In this document: positions 27,559 to 37,971 of the stretch, piece after piece
Position numbering within the stretch: the stretch's first letter is position 1
Layout: every line of letters starts with the position of its first letter
Translations under genes and position numbers: made by a program
Notes under the pieces: model-generated
Databases searched by the model: none
Told to the model about the DNA's origin: nothing
Seen by the model: the letters and a program-made list of their open reading frames with translations, nothing else
Assembly (NCBI GenBank): GCA_000146465.1
Contig: CP001952.1
DNA length: 64,000 bases
Direction: 5' to 3' (one strand)

Positions 27559-29151
27559 TTATTTTTGCCTCTGCCGCTTTGCTAGTAAAGTCTCCTCTAC
27601 CACCTTAAGGTTATGATCCATTCCCAACCAGAAGGTAGGTGTAATCTGAATTATTCCAGTGCCGAACTCCGCAAAAAGTAACGTGTCCATATCTTTAGCA
27701 TATTTTCCATCCACTTCCAAAAGACTCTTTTCAGGCCATTTAAAGACCTTTGTATCCCCTGCTCTACCCAGAATGTAGAAGTCTAAGACCCTTGAACAAT
27801 ACAAATATCTTCTTGTCTTCTGAGACTTCAAGATTTTCAATGGCATAATATTGCTTACAACGCGTACTCCGGGCTCTAGTCCTTCAACAACAAAGACTGC
27901 TTCATTTTCTCTTTTCATCGCCACTTCATTCAAAAATCCGATGTTTGAAATCTCGTCAACTTGATGGAGAGTAAAAGTTTCTCCAGCTCTTGACTCAGAA
28001 CCTTCATTGAAAAGCTTGGCATACTCTTCATCTTGTTTCTGGGTTTCTTGGTCTTTGTTTCCAAACAGTTTAGAATACTCTTCCAGTACACTTCTTTCAG
28101 CCGGGATGACATTTTCTTCTGTCCTTCGCCGGAGGCTCTTTATTTCAAACAACTCCGAGCTGTCGCCTATAGATCCAACAAATAAGAGGTTCTCCACCTC
28201 TCCTATGCAACTGGCTATAGATCCTCTTCTCTCAAACTCCAGAGATGCCCCTATGATTCTTTTTATGTCCATCGATATCTCGAGTCTATATCGATCTCCA
28301 TTTCCATTGAATATCAGGCAGGTGTTTCCTCTCGAAAAGAAATTTACATCAAAAAGAACTACGTCGTTAAGTGCTTTGCCCGCTTCACATGCTTCGGACA
28401 TCCTATTCAAAGGAACCGAGTACGAGCTGCTTGTAGATCTTATTAATATAGAGTTGTGTGATATAAACAGTAGGATGGAACCGGCACATACCACCTTAAA
28501 TGTTTTTGGGGGAACTAGAAACTCGTCGATAGTATGGAATTTTCCTGCACTTAGATCAATCGAAAACACTATGGCATTGTAATTCCTTACAACTGTGTAC
28601 TTCTTAGGAAGCGAATCGTACACCAGACACACAGTGGGAATGGAATAGTTTTCCAGAAAAGTAAAGTCGATTGGATTCTTGATCTTTCCATCGATATCTA
28701 TAAACTTAAAGACCTTTGCGTTGAACATCCCAGGAAACAAAGGAAAGACACTAAAATAACGCTTGTTCATCTGAAACATCCCTAGATCAGTGCCTATTCG
28801 GACATTCCTTATATCTTCGTCTTTGATGTCGAACTCATCCTTTTCGAAAAACTTTAAAGACGTTGTCTTGAATTCGTTTTCCTGAGGATCAAACCTCACA
28901 AGAGAAATCTTTGCCTTATGAAACAGAAAAACTAGACCGTCTTGGTCTGGAGATATCCTATACTTTTCCACCTGGCAAACTCTCTCAAATAGAATATGCT
29001 GCTTCACCAAAACCAGCCCCGAGCCGTACTTCCAGAGTCTTACGATGTTCCCGTTATATGTTAGAAACGAATGTGTCCCGGGTATAAAGAACCCTGCAGA
29101 ACATCCCTCGACGCTGTTCCATGGACTCTCTTGTGAATATAGGTAGTTCAT
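27559..29151 (-). CDS. SF3b3/CPSF160/DDB1-family protein, N-terminal portion. Upper half of the split gene.
   Basis: N-terminal propeller blades. Probable start MNYLYSQ... (ATG 29149-29151, GGG adjacent) rather than the track start 29238. Ends AKRQRQK-stop at 27559. The 27493 ATG frame stays open upstream to ~27604 (..IICSGLFLAVRDSEKRLVFYDRE..), resembling SF3b3 RFLAVGLVDNTVRIISLD. Confidence 0.6.
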   Translation of the reverse strand: MNYLYSQESPWNSVEGCSAGFFIPGTHSFLTYNGNIVRLWKYGSGLVLVKQHILFERVCQVEKYRISPDQDGLVFLFHKAKISLVRFDPQENEFKTTSLKFFEKDEFDIKDEDIRNVRIGTDLGMFQMNKRYFSVFPLFPGMFNAKVFKFIDIDGKIKNPIDFTFLENYSIPTVCLVYDSLPKKYTVVRNYNAIVFSIDLSAGKFHTIDEFLVPPKTFKVVCAGSILLFISHNSILIRSTSSSYSVPLNRMSEACEAGKALNDVVLFDVNFFSRGNTCLIFNGNGDRYRLEISMDIKRIIGASLEFERRGSIASCIGEVENLLFVGSIGDSSELFEIKSLRRRTEENVIPAERSVLEEYSKLFGNKDQETQKQDEEYAKLFNEGSESRAGETFTLHQVDEISNIGFLNEVAMKRENEAVFVVEGLEPGVRVVSNIMPLKILKSQKTRRYLYCSRVLDFYILGRAGDTKVFKWPEKSLLEVDGKYAKDMDTLLFAEFGTGIIQITPTFWLGMDHNLKVVEETLLAKRQRQK

Positions 29152-29265
29152 TGGGGTTGCAATTTCCCGGTGCCAAACCCGGTTTTCCCACCGAAGACCA
29201 TATTGCAAGCAAATCTCGCACTGGAAAAAGATGAACATAGGGGTATAAGTTTAATACAGGCCGGT

Positions 29266-30444
29266 CTATCTTCCAGCCTCAGGCTTATTTCTTTTTGTGA
29301 TTGTTAGAAAGCTGATTCCCAAGGCTTCTTTGAATGTGATGATCACTTTTGAAGCCACCAAGATGTAGTAAACAGAGGAAAAGACAAAAGAGACAGCTAT
29401 AAAGGCTTCTCGGAACTTCTTAGGATTTTGTAGTTGTAAGACAACGGAAATCATCAGATACATCAAATACACGGGGATGAACAGGAACAAGTCCTTTCCG
29501 ATGATGTATGAAAATACCTCGTTGACATACTTTATCGAAAATATCTGCCCAAACATTAAAATGTTTAGATATTGTATCCACAAACTTTCTGTACTGAGAG
29601 TGTTGTGAAGAACAACGAACGATGCTATGAGGGACATCATCCTTAGAAAAGTTGAGTATAAAGAAAGTCTCCTTGGAGGACGCATTTTGGATTCTATCGA
29701 TATCAAGGTCAATATAGTATTGCCAACCAGGCATGTAGTAATGATTGCCGAGATTGCACTAAAGTTGTTTGTTCTCAAGATCAAGGAGTAAGTCTTTTTG
29801 ATGGGCCAGAGGAACTCGTCGGAAAAGACATATTGGAAAAAGCCTTTTCCACATAGAGAGGTAATAAGATGCGATATCAAAGCAAATGCTATGCCCTCTG
29901 AAGCTCCACTGATTTTTCCCAAAACAAAGTGCCCGGTGAATTTTTCCTCGATTCCAGCAAGATAGAACTCGATCATGATGGCCAATGTGAATATCAAGAA
30001 TTTCTGAGATAGCCCAAATCCGAATGCAGAGGAAAGAGCTATGCTTGTGGCAAGTGCACAGCATGAATCCACCCCATGGTCAAAAAGTTGTCCTAAAGGA
30101 GACCCGGACCCTGTTTTCCTGGCCTGGGCACCGTCTAGATTGTCGCATGTAAAGTACACAAACATCAGAAAAAAGTTTACCAACGAAAGAAGTCTGGGCG
30201 GGTTGCATAAGTAGGGATCAAATATCAGAGTTAGGCCCAAGCTGATTGCCATTGCAATAAATCCACAGAGAGTTAGTGTATTTGGGGCTACTGTTGCAGG
30301 TATTTTTTCTAGTGACCATTTGACATAGTGATGGATTACATACTTCGAGAGGATGGAGTTGTCTGTTCCAATAAATCTATGTTTCCTTAAGCTTGAAAGC
30401 TCATCAGCTCCCAGCTCTATTTTGAAGAAACTTCCTTTTAGCAT
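29266..30444 (-). CDS. EPT1: choline/ethanolamine phosphotransferase (CDP-alcohol phosphatidyltransferase, Kennedy pathway)
   Basis: CDP-alcohol motif DNLDGAQARKTGSGSPLGQLFDHGVDS (D-G-x2-A-R-x8-G-x3-D-x3-D). Multiple TM helices. The track ORF extends to 31080 through antisense of the next gene. I chose the internal ATG (30442-30444), which has GGGGG adjacent. Confidence 0.8.
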   Translation of the reverse strand: MLKGSFFKIELGADELSSLRKHRFIGTDNSILSKYVIHHYVKWSLEKIPATVAPNTLTLCGFIAMAISLGLTLIFDPYLCNPPRLLSLVNFFLMFVYFTCDNLDGAQARKTGSGSPLGQLFDHGVDSCCALATSIALSSAFGFGLSQKFLIFTLAIMIEFYLAGIEEKFTGHFVLGKISGASEGIAFALISHLITSLCGKGFFQYVFSDEFLWPIKKTYSLILRTNNFSAISAIITTCLVGNTILTLISIESKMRPPRRLSLYSTFLRMMSLIASFVVLHNTLSTESLWIQYLNILMFGQIFSIKYVNEVFSYIIGKDLFLFIPVYLMYLMISVVLQLQNPKKFREAFIAVSFVFSSVYYILVASKVIITFKEALGISFLTITKRNKPEAGR

Positions 30445-30574
30445 CGGGGGAGGAGTGTGGCTGAATATATAAGGATGCAGTTTAATTCTTTTTGATAAAT
30501 TACTATATAATTCCAAATGAGGAACTCGAAAGTAACAGAGAAGAATTGAGGATTTGCAACCTGTATTTGAAGGA

Positions 30575-31462
30575 ATGGAAACCCCCCAGAAAGTTATGAT
30601 AGATGCCAATAATGAAAAGAAAAGCCAGTCCAAGCAGCTTTGTCCGATAAAGATTCCGTTGGCCGGGCCTCTTAAAGACATGATAGGAAGAGAGGTGGGA
30701 GACAAAGCTTCTACGGTAATTGATATTCTCGAGGGGGTGGTACCTACAGTGTCTCCAGAAGACATGTACAGCGAGTTGGTAGAGGCGTTGAGTCCTGTAG
30801 TAGACCAGAAGGCGAAAGGACTAGTAGGAAAGGTTATGGCGTACAAAAGGAAGACTTGCCGAGATGGAGACGAATGTAAGGCAAAGAATTGCATTTTTTT
30901 GCATAGCTGGGATAGAAAGAGTGGGGAAGGCTCTGTCCAGACAGGGTCCAAGGGAAGAGAAGAAGGAATAGATAGCGGGGAGGTGACTGGAAAGAGAAGG
31001 AGAACAAATGAATCAAATGAAAATAATGAGGTGGTGTTCAACAAAGTAAACGAGTCAAGGCATAATCCAGAAAATCTCAAGGCTTATGCAGCGAGATTTG
31101 GGAAAGTTGTGAACTTCAAGAGGCTCAATCCCGAAAAGTATCTTGTTGTCTTCGAAGACCCTGAGTCGGCCAGTGAATTGGTGAAATCATCGGAGCCGGT
31201 TCTCGAGGACTTTGGAATTAAGAAGTTCTACAATGTTATAGACAATCTTGTTAAGGTAGAACTCAAAAAGCTGTTTGAAGAGCAAGAAACCGTGATAGAC
31301 AAGATGTCTACGGAGTTTTCTGCTGCACTTCTGGGACATCTACGAAACATAAATATCCGAATAAGGAATTTAGTTCTGAAAGAGAAATTAAAGGACGGAA
31401 CAGGGACAGACAACAAGAGAGGATTTGATCAGGAAAACAGTCTATATTACAACTGTTTCTGA
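30575..31462 (+). CDS. CCCH-type zinc-finger protein with an RRM-like region, 295 aa
   Basis: C-x5-C-x4-C-x3-H (CRDGDECKAKNCIFLH) followed by an RRM-like segment (KAYAARFGKVVNFKRL...KYLVVFEDPESA). Track start at 30554 is TTG. First ATG is at 30575. Confidence 0.5.
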   Translation: METPQKVMIDANNEKKSQSKQLCPIKIPLAGPLKDMIGREVGDKASTVIDILEGVVPTVSPEDMYSELVEALSPVVDQKAKGLVGKVMAYKRKTCRDGDECKAKNCIFLHSWDRKSGEGSVQTGSKGREEGIDSGEVTGKRRRTNESNENNEVVFNKVNESRHNPENLKAYAARFGKVVNFKRLNPEKYLVVFEDPESASELVKSSEPVLEDFGIKKFYNVIDNLVKVELKKLFEEQETVIDKMSTEFSAALLGHLRNINIRIRNLVLKEKLKDGTGTDNKRGFDQENSLYYNCF

Positions 31463-31554
31463 GGGGCAAACCCCTGTTTTTTATGTTGTTCGCTCTTACC
31501 TTGGAGGAAGAGCGGTGGTATTTATTGAAGTTAATCTTGTTGTCTTAAACCCTG

Positions 31555-31791
31555 ATGAATAAGGACAAGATTAAAAAGACTCAACTACTCAGTGACTTGG
31601 GGAGATTTAAAGGAAAAAAAATAACAGTAACTTTCATTGATGGAAAATCGGTGACTGGAAAGCTCACATCGTTTGATGACGTTGGTAACTGCGTTCTGAA
31701 AAAGTGTGGAGAATGGGACTATGGGAATACCGTAGTGTGCTTGGGAAGAAGCATAGTACTTGTGTGTTTAAACGCACCATACATCCTGTGA
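31555..31791 (+). CDS. Sm-like (LSm) protein, 78 aa
   Basis: Sm1/Sm2 pattern KKITVTFIDGKSVTGKLTSFDDVGNCVLK. CCC motif upstream. Confidence 0.65.
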   Translation: MNKDKIKKTQLLSDLGRFKGKKITVTFIDGKSVTGKLTSFDDVGNCVLKKCGEWDYGNTVVCLGRSIVLVCLNAPYIL

Positions 31792-31913
31792 TGGGCCGAA
31801 GCTGCCGGCAGTTCTTGATGCTGTTAATTGAATGACTGATTAAATAAAACATACTTTGGATATTTATTTCTTTTTTCATGGCCAAGTTTCTCCTTTCTTT
31901 CTCTCGATGGCTA

Positions 31914-32384
31914 TCACTCAAAGAACCTGTAAAATAGATAAAGAACGTTACAAAGAATGTAGATATGGACAAAAAGTACAATGGCACCTCGATCCTCTGA
32001 ACACTCGACGGTTTCTTTGGTTATCTTCTCCTCTTCTTCGTACAATATTCCTATTCTGGATGTCCAGCATGGCTTAGGCGAGACAGACTTGAGATAATGC
32101 TTGAAGTCATTTAGAGATCTTCTCCAGTCGAACTTGTAGATCTCTATAAGGAACTTGTGTGTATTATCGGGAACAGTGGTTTCAGAGAGGGTTACTTCAA
32201 TCTCGGCATGCTGCATAGGTACTATCAGGCCCATGTTTGGTCTTACTATGTAGTCTCTGGGCTTGGTTGTTTTGATCTTGTATCCTACGCTTTCCATGGA
32301 GTTGTTATGTACAATAAAAGTCGAGGACTTCTTGTTTCTTTTAACTCTAATCGTTGTTTGCGGTGTGACTTTGATGTCCAGCAT
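31914..32384 (-). CDS. SCS2: VAP (VAMP-associated protein, Scs2-like) with MSP domain and C-terminal TM anchor
   Basis: MSP-domain pattern (TFIVHNNSMESVGYKIKTTKPRDYIVRPNMGLIVP) and a C-terminal hydrophobic helix. GGG motif after the start. Confidence 0.7.
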   Translation of the reverse strand: MLDIKVTPQTTIRVKRNKKSSTFIVHNNSMESVGYKIKTTKPRDYIVRPNMGLIVPMQHAEIEVTLSETTVPDNTHKFLIEIYKFDWRRSLNDFKHYLKSVSPKPCWTSRIGILYEEEEKITKETVECSEDRGAIVLFVHIYILCNVLYLFYRFFE

Positions 32385-32422
32385 TTCAAGGGGAATGTCT
32401 ATTCCCTTTTAGTAACTATTCG

Positions 32423-33088
32423 TCATTGTTTATTGTAAAACTTGGCAAGTTCAGCGTATGAGGAGCTGAATATGGAAGATTGTGACCTCTCAACGGAAAA
32501 GCAGTCATCGATAAAATGTCTTTTAGATAGGCATATTGGACATGCTTTATATATTGTATACTTCGACGTGTTTCCATTTAGTCTGTATCTTTTCCATGTT
32601 CTACAGCAGTCTGCTATGCTATGACTTCCTGTGGGACAGGCTTTGCATATCTTCGATCCGTTTAGATCCTCAGGAAAAGAACAGTTCTTTGAGGAATGTC
32701 CGAACCTTCTACACTTTGGGCAGTGTCTGTAGGGACAATAGGTTCTTTCGTGTCCTTCCCGACTGCATAGATCACATACATCCCTTTTAAGAGCCCTGGT
32801 ACATTCCCTAAACTCATGCCCTGCCTCCCCACATTGGAAGCATTTTGTGGTATCGCAGAAATATCTCTGTCTTTTGTCTGTTGAGGAGCTTGTTGTTACC
32901 ACCTTTTCTTCCATCTTTACATCTTCAAAATGGTAAGCCAGGCTTAGAATGTTGTATAGGGCGTTTGTATCTATTTTTCTTAAAGAAATATGTGGATCAA
33001 GTAAGTGAATATCTAGGTCCTCTAGCTCAACAGTCTTAGTTCCATTGACCTCTTTGGCATAGTCCAGTAGAGAATGTGCTCTCTTCAT
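32423..33088 (-). CDS. CCHC zinc-knuckle protein (Air1/Air2-like, TRAMP-type)
   Basis: Five C-x2-C-x4-H-x4-C knuckles (CFQCGEAGHEFREC, CDLCSREGHERTYC, CPKCRRFGHSSKNC, CKACPTGSHSIADC, CPICLSKRHFIDDC). Confidence 0.7.
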   Translation of the reverse strand: MKRAHSLLDYAKEVNGTKTVELEDLDIHLLDPHISLRKIDTNALYNILSLAYHFEDVKMEEKVVTTSSSTDKRQRYFCDTTKCFQCGEAGHEFRECTRALKRDVCDLCSREGHERTYCPYRHCPKCRRFGHSSKNCSFPEDLNGSKICKACPTGSHSIADCCRTWKRYRLNGNTSKYTIYKACPICLSKRHFIDDCFSVERSQSSIFSSSYAELAKFYNKQ

Positions 33089-33166
33089 TCCTCCCCCACT
33101 GCAGTAAACATTTATTTGTCACAAAAACCCAAGAAAAGAAAATTTATTGTGAGTATTTCGGCCTCT

Positions 33167-34120
33167 TTACTTCTTACGAGGTATCCCCATTTGTTTCTTC
33201 TTATATTCTGAATTGTTAATGAAATCGGTTGGCTTGAGGACCTGGAACGAGCATACAAGGTCCTTATCTACATCCATTATTGCTCCAGAGTTCTCAAACT
33301 CTCCACAGTAGTTTGGAGCGGAAAACACTGTGACCAAAGATCGGTTTGCAAAAAACTCGTATCCATCCTCTACTACTTGATGTGCCCTGCATATAAGGTC
33401 CAGGTTATGTGTCTCAAGAAACTTCTCCACAGTGTCGGGTCCAAATGTCACCGAAACCCCTCTATCGTTTTCTCCCCATCCTCTTACACCAGGGTCCGGA
33501 TCGCTCCAAAGAAGATCACAGAGAAGCCCTTCATCGGGAACATCGGTGGGTCTTGCAATCGCCTTGATCTGATCCATGTTCTTCAAGTCTGGCGAAATCC
33601 CTCCGTGCATACAGAGAATTCTTCCGTCAACAAGGGCAGATATAGGGATCCAATTGAAGCATTCCGTGAACACTTTCCATATTGTTGTGTTATATCTTCT
33701 CTTGCATTCATCGTAGAACCCATATATCCTATTGATACTGGCACATTCGTGATTTCCACGAAGAAGGAAAAAGTTGTTTGGAAACTTTATCTTGTATGCC
33801 AATAGCAGACAGATCGTCTCCAAAGACTGCTTTCCTCTATCGACATAATCTCCCAGAAACAGGTAGTTGCTGGAGGGTGGAAACCCCCCATGTTCAAACA
33901 ACTTCAAAAGATCATAATATTGCCCGTGAACATCTCCACAGATCTTGACTGGGGCCTTTACTTCAACCAGAGTAGGCTGCTGCTTGAACACCTCCGTCGA
34001 CTTTTCGCACAAGTATCTTATTTCTTCCTCCACAAGATGGACAAGCCTTCCTAGCTTACTGTTTCGAACAGAAAGAAGCTTCTCTATTATCCTGTCCAAG
34101 TCAACCTTTTCGTTACTCAT
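33167..34120 (-). CDS. GLC7: serine/threonine protein phosphatase PP1 catalytic subunit
   Basis: [82 protein letters not shown] is near-identical to PP1 signature blocks. Confidence 0.9.
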   Translation of the reverse strand: MSNEKVDLDRIIEKLLSVRNSKLGRLVHLVEEEIRYLCEKSTEVFKQQPTLVEVKAPVKICGDVHGQYYDLLKLFEHGGFPPSSNYLFLGDYVDRGKQSLETICLLLAYKIKFPNNFFLLRGNHECASINRIYGFYDECKRRYNTTIWKVFTECFNWIPISALVDGRILCMHGGISPDLKNMDQIKAIARPTDVPDEGLLCDLLWSDPDPGVRGWGENDRGVSVTFGPDTVEKFLETHNLDLICRAHQVVEDGYEFFANRSLVTVFSAPNYCGEFENSGAIMDVDKDLVCSFQVLKPTDFINNSEYKKKQMGIPRKK

Positions 34121-34224
34121 CCCCGTAACCCCTCTGAAAATTTTAAAAAAATCAATAGAATCCGCGGTGCCTTCAACTCTGGACTAATTCTAATGGAATT
34201 ATAAAGTTTATTTAAAGTCGAAGG

Positions 34225-35625
34225 CTAGTCGAGGCTCTTCAGCTCCCCCTTCAACTTATACTCCTTTAGGATTAAGTTTAATTCCTTTATAGATAATTCT
34301 TCTCCATCCTTCATCCTGTTCTTCAAACTCTCGATCTCCTTGAGAGTGTTCAACAGATCTTCCTTGCTGCTTTTCTTCGGTTTCTCATTAACTGTCTCCT
34401 CCTTCTTCTTGGGCATTCTGCTCTTGGAAGTTGTTTTTGTCATGAAGGTGTGGATGGAGGGGGGAACGTACTTCTTCTGCATCTCAATAATTAGCTTTTC
34501 GGGTTTTTCTATCTCGACAAACTCTTCCTTTTCCCCATAGGAGCAGGCCGAAAACAAAGACTCAAACTTCCTTTCGTCTATCTTTCTTCCGTAGTAGTCG
34601 TAGAGAGTTATTTTGTTATCTTCTTGGAAGTAGCTTGTTGTCGAGACACAGAAATATGATCCATTTTCCTTCCAGTCGATCAAAGATGCTCCAAGCACAT
34701 TGAACTTTGCTATAGGCTTCCTTGAAGGCACATGGAAAACCTCTATGTCTCCAGAGAGATTATCGAAGCCTGCAAACACTGCAATGTTTTCATGCTGGTT
34801 GAAGAACATTCTGTTTCTGATACCTTCTGGGAAGTTGTATCCAGGCTTGCCATCAAGCCTGTGAACAGAAACACTGCTAGGCTGAGGCCCATGGCACACT
34901 GCAAATCCATTAGAGAGAAAGACATAGGAATGGACTGGCGAATATCCAAGACTTTTGAAGGTGCATGCGGCAGTATCATGGAAATACAGGTCAGACTCGG
35001 GGAAGTAGCTGTTGTTCACATAGGATGTCATTAGAAGAAGCAGTATGTATCTGTTTGATGCATGGGCCTTCAAAGAGAAGCCTTGCAGCTCCTTTAAGCT
35101 ATGAAGAACCTCTACCGAATCTTTTCCCATCCGAAGGAGCTTGTGCATTCCATCCTTCTCAAGCTTTTTTGTGGCAAGAAAAACAAACTCTCCGGAAATA
35201 AGGAACTCTAGAATCGAAATCCTGGAAGTATGGAAAGGAGACTCCTCTATCCCATCTTCTCCGATCCGATGAATGAAAAATGATGCCCCCGATATATATG
35301 CAAGCAGGGAATTAGAAATCCTGAACTTGGATACATTCTCCACTCTCAGCATGATGCCATTCTTTCCAAGCACAACCATCTCTCCTTTTCCATTAAGTAT
35401 TCCTACGTTATTTCCGTTTTCAGACGCCTCTATTTCCCTAGGCCTATTTATCTCCATCTCCAGAATCATCTTCTTATTCTTGAGATCATAGTACCTTACT
35501 TGATTGTTCTTAGCCCATGCCACCTTGTTTGACTTCAGAGAGTAGTAATCGCACTCGACCCAGGATGCTCCTTCAGCAAACACATCAAAAGTTAGTCCAT
35601 TTTCACTATGAGCTACAATAGGCAT
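34225..35625 (-). CDS. eIF2A-like beta-propeller translation factor with a Lys-rich C-terminus (family assignment tentative)
   Basis: eIF2A/eIF3b-type propeller pattern (AVFAGFDNLSGDIEVFHVP...DWKENGSYFCV...ITLYDYYGRK) without an N-terminal RRM, followed by a K/E-rich tail. Track start at 35658 is TTG. ATG 35623-35625 has GGGG adjacent. Confidence 0.5.
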   Translation of the reverse strand: MPIVAHSENGLTFDVFAEGASWVECDYYSLKSNKVAWAKNNQVRYYDLKNKKMILEMEINRPREIEASENGNNVGILNGKGEMVVLGKNGIMLRVENVSKFRISNSLLAYISGASFFIHRIGEDGIEESPFHTSRISILEFLISGEFVFLATKKLEKDGMHKLLRMGKDSVEVLHSLKELQGFSLKAHASNRYILLLLMTSYVNNSYFPESDLYFHDTAACTFKSLGYSPVHSYVFLSNGFAVCHGPQPSSVSVHRLDGKPGYNFPEGIRNRMFFNQHENIAVFAGFDNLSGDIEVFHVPSRKPIAKFNVLGASLIDWKENGSYFCVSTTSYFQEDNKITLYDYYGRKIDERKFESLFSACSYGEKEEFVEIEKPEKLIIEMQKKYVPPSIHTFMTKTTSKSRMPKKKEETVNEKPKKSSKEDLLNTLKEIESLKNRMKDGEELSIKELNLILKEYKLKGELKSLD

Positions 35626-35730
35626 TAGGGGCTTAAGGATGGAGACTGAATCATTCAAAGCCGTGGGTAATTACAATTCCTTGAAAGAAAGGAGAGCTTT
35701 TCAAGAGGAAATAACATGAAGAAAAGCTGT

Positions 35731-36738
35731 TTAATTCATTATATCTTTTGACATTCCAATATATAACTCCTTGGAAGGGGGAGTTTCGGAATCCAGGACT
35801 TCCAGATATCTTTTGATCGGCACCTCGGGCCAGTTTCTAACTCTGCCCAGTAATTTTTTGGAAGGAAAACGCCCATTCTTACACAAGGTAAGAATTCGAA
35901 GAAGTATCATCTTTGGAGAAAACAGAGGAATTTCTTCGGCCTTGATCCCAAAGTCGCTGTTATAGACCTTTTCGATCCATAAGCATTCGTTTCCCTTCAT
36001 CATTTCTTCTGGTGTACCGGATCCCGGGAAGTTCTTCTGGAAATGTAGTGGATTCGAAAATCTTGATATGGCACCGGTATTAAATTCGACTGTTTCCCTC
36101 TGGTTTCTCAGAAGCACATTAGCATTCGCATCTTCTCCCTTAACATTCTTCAGCTGCTCCTCTACAATTGTTCCCACCATCTCTCGCCTTTCCAATTGAT
36201 TTGAAAGAAAGTTTACAAATGTCTCTTCCTTCGAAAGGTTTTCAAAGGACAGGTTAAATATGAAGTCTACCCGGCTTTCATTCTGACTAAAGTGATATCT
36301 TGTTAAGTCCTCAAACTCCACAAGGTCGTCCTTTTTTCTGAGCTGGAATTTGTTTCCAAACGTATATTGGTTCTTGTCGGCCAATATTGCCAAGCTTTTC
36401 ATAGCTTGAAGGTTGATCACAATCTCATCATCCTTCTTAATTTCAGAAAGCACTTTGTAAGCCGTGTTGTAATATCCCAGATAGTATAGACATTGAGAAG
36501 CAAGAACCTTGCTCCCTTCGGTATCCAAGTACCTCAAAATCCTCAATGCTTTTTTGTATTTCTTCAACTTGTACAATGCATAAGCTCTCTCAAAAGATCT
36601 CTTCTCCGCATACTTCAAAGCCTCTCCAAACTTCCCCATGTTTATGTATGCAACTGCCCTGAATCGGTTGAACTCCGGGTGATCCAAACGAGATATCTCT
36701 TCATGCGAGTTACTTCTCACCAGGTCGTACAAATTCAT
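35731..36738 (-). CDS. TPR-like helical protein (SRP72- or epsilon-COP-like; tentative)
   Basis: N-terminal TPR-like repeats. SFERAYALYKLKKYKKALRIL resembles SRP72 SFEKAYCEYRLNRIENALKTI. No decisive motif. Confidence 0.45.
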   Translation of the reverse strand: MNLYDLVRSNSHEEISRLDHPEFNRFRAVAYINMGKFGEALKYAEKRSFERAYALYKLKKYKKALRILRYLDTEGSKVLASQCLYYLGYYNTAYKVLSEIKKDDEIVINLQAMKSLAILADKNQYTFGNKFQLRKKDDLVEFEDLTRYHFSQNESRVDFIFNLSFENLSKEETFVNFLSNQLERREMVGTIVEEQLKNVKGEDANANVLLRNQRETVEFNTGAISRFSNPLHFQKNFPGSGTPEEMMKGNECLWIEKVYNSDFGIKAEEIPLFSPKMILLRILTLCKNGRFPSKKLLGRVRNWPEVPIKRYLEVLDSETPPSKELYIGMSKDIMN

Positions 36739-36900
36739 TAGGGTGGCTCGCCCATGGAATTTTACCTTTCAAGGGGGTTTCTCGGCTTGTTGAGACACAG
36801 GGCATTATTCTTCATATCTTGGCAAACGGTATTTTATAGTCTCAGATGCCAAGGACAATTTATTTAATCTTCTTTATCGATTGTTTACAAAACAAGGGAG

Positions 36901-37941
36901 ATGGTTCATGCCAAGGAACAGATTAAAGCTGTGATTCTTGTGGGTGGATATGGAACCAGATTGAGACCTCTGACGTACACACTTCCAAAACCCCTTGTAC
37001 CCTTTGCCAACAAGCCGATTCTAAGGCATCAGGTGGAAGCTTTAGTCAAAGCAGGCATCAAGGAGATAATCTTGGCTCTCAATTATTACTCCGAAGTTAT
37101 AATAAGGGAAGTCCGGGACTATTCAAACGAATTTGGTATCAACATTATCTATTCCAAAGAACAGGAACCTCTTGGAACAGCTGGTCCCTTGGCCCTTGCA
37201 AGGAAGTATCTTGAAGGCCATACCTTTTTCGTTCTCAACTCAGATATAACATGCAAGTTTCCTCTATCAGAGATGCTTTCATTTCATCGCTCTCATGGAA
37301 AAGAAGGAACTATTCTCTCGACAAGAGTGGACGATCCGAGTAGATATGGACTCGTCATCACCGAGGAGGGTACAAGCGTTGTGGAGACCTTTCTTGAAAA
37401 GCCCAAGGATGCCGTTTCAAACAGGATCAATGCAGGAATATACATACTAAACTCCTCTGTACTAGATAGAGTGGAGCTGAGGGAATGTTCTATCGAAAGG
37501 GAGATCTTTCCAGAAATGGCCAAGGAACGGCAACTTCAAGTATTTGATCTTGAGGGATTCTGGATGGACATAGGCCAGCCTGCAGATTATATTAGAGGAC
37601 AAGGAATGTACTTGAAACATTATAGGGAAGCAAATGTAGATGAGCATTCTGAAGACGGAAGAACGTTCTGTGTCGAGAACAATGTTGTTATAGGGAGGAA
37701 TGTGAAGATAGGAAAGAATGTCACCATCTCAAACAGTGCAATCTTCGACAATGTGGAAATAGGAGACAATGTGACAATAAGAGATAGTATTGTGGGATGG
37801 AATACAAAGATAGAAGATAATGCAACTGTAAACACATGCTGTGTTTTGGGATATGCAACGACTGTTGAAAGGTTTGCCATCTTAAGTTCTGTTAAGACAT
37901 TTCCAAATGAATCTCCATTCAAGTTACTCGAGGATATCTAG
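36901..37941 (+). CDS. PSA1: mannose-1-phosphate guanylyltransferase (GDP-mannose pyrophosphorylase)
   Basis: N-terminal KAVILVGGYGTRLRPLTYTLPKPLVPFANKPIL. C-terminal left-handed beta-helix hexapeptide repeats. Confidence 0.9.
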   Translation: MVHAKEQIKAVILVGGYGTRLRPLTYTLPKPLVPFANKPILRHQVEALVKAGIKEIILALNYYSEVIIREVRDYSNEFGINIIYSKEQEPLGTAGPLALARKYLEGHTFFVLNSDITCKFPLSEMLSFHRSHGKEGTILSTRVDDPSRYGLVITEEGTSVVETFLEKPKDAVSNRINAGIYILNSSVLDRVELRECSIEREIFPEMAKERQLQVFDLEGFWMDIGQPADYIRGQGMYLKHYREANVDEHSEDGRTFCVENNVVIGRNVKIGKNVTISNSAIFDNVEIGDNVTIRDSIVGWNTKIEDNATVNTCCVLGYATTVERFAILSSVKTFPNESPFKLLEDI

Positions 37942-37971
37942 AATTGTTTTTAGGCCAGATGTGTGAATAAA

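Noticed and set aside
27494-27600. Intron hypotheses to join the two SF3b3-family ORFs (GTAAGG at ~27533-27538, and a TAATTTGTAG 3'-site-like element at 27552-27561 on the minus strand)
   Set aside because: The candidate 38-nt intron leaves the upstream stop codon in place. The 49-nt alternative (GTAGAG...TAATTTGTAG) puts the downstream exon in a third frame that terminates immediately. A 1-nt indel in the A5/T5 run explains the data more simply.
30445-31080. 5' 212 codons of the track ORF 29266..31080 (minus strand)
   Set aside because: It translates to P/S/L-rich low-complexity sequence and is antisense to the CCCH-finger gene (30575-31462). The CDP-alcohol phosphotransferase homology begins at the internal ATG 30444.
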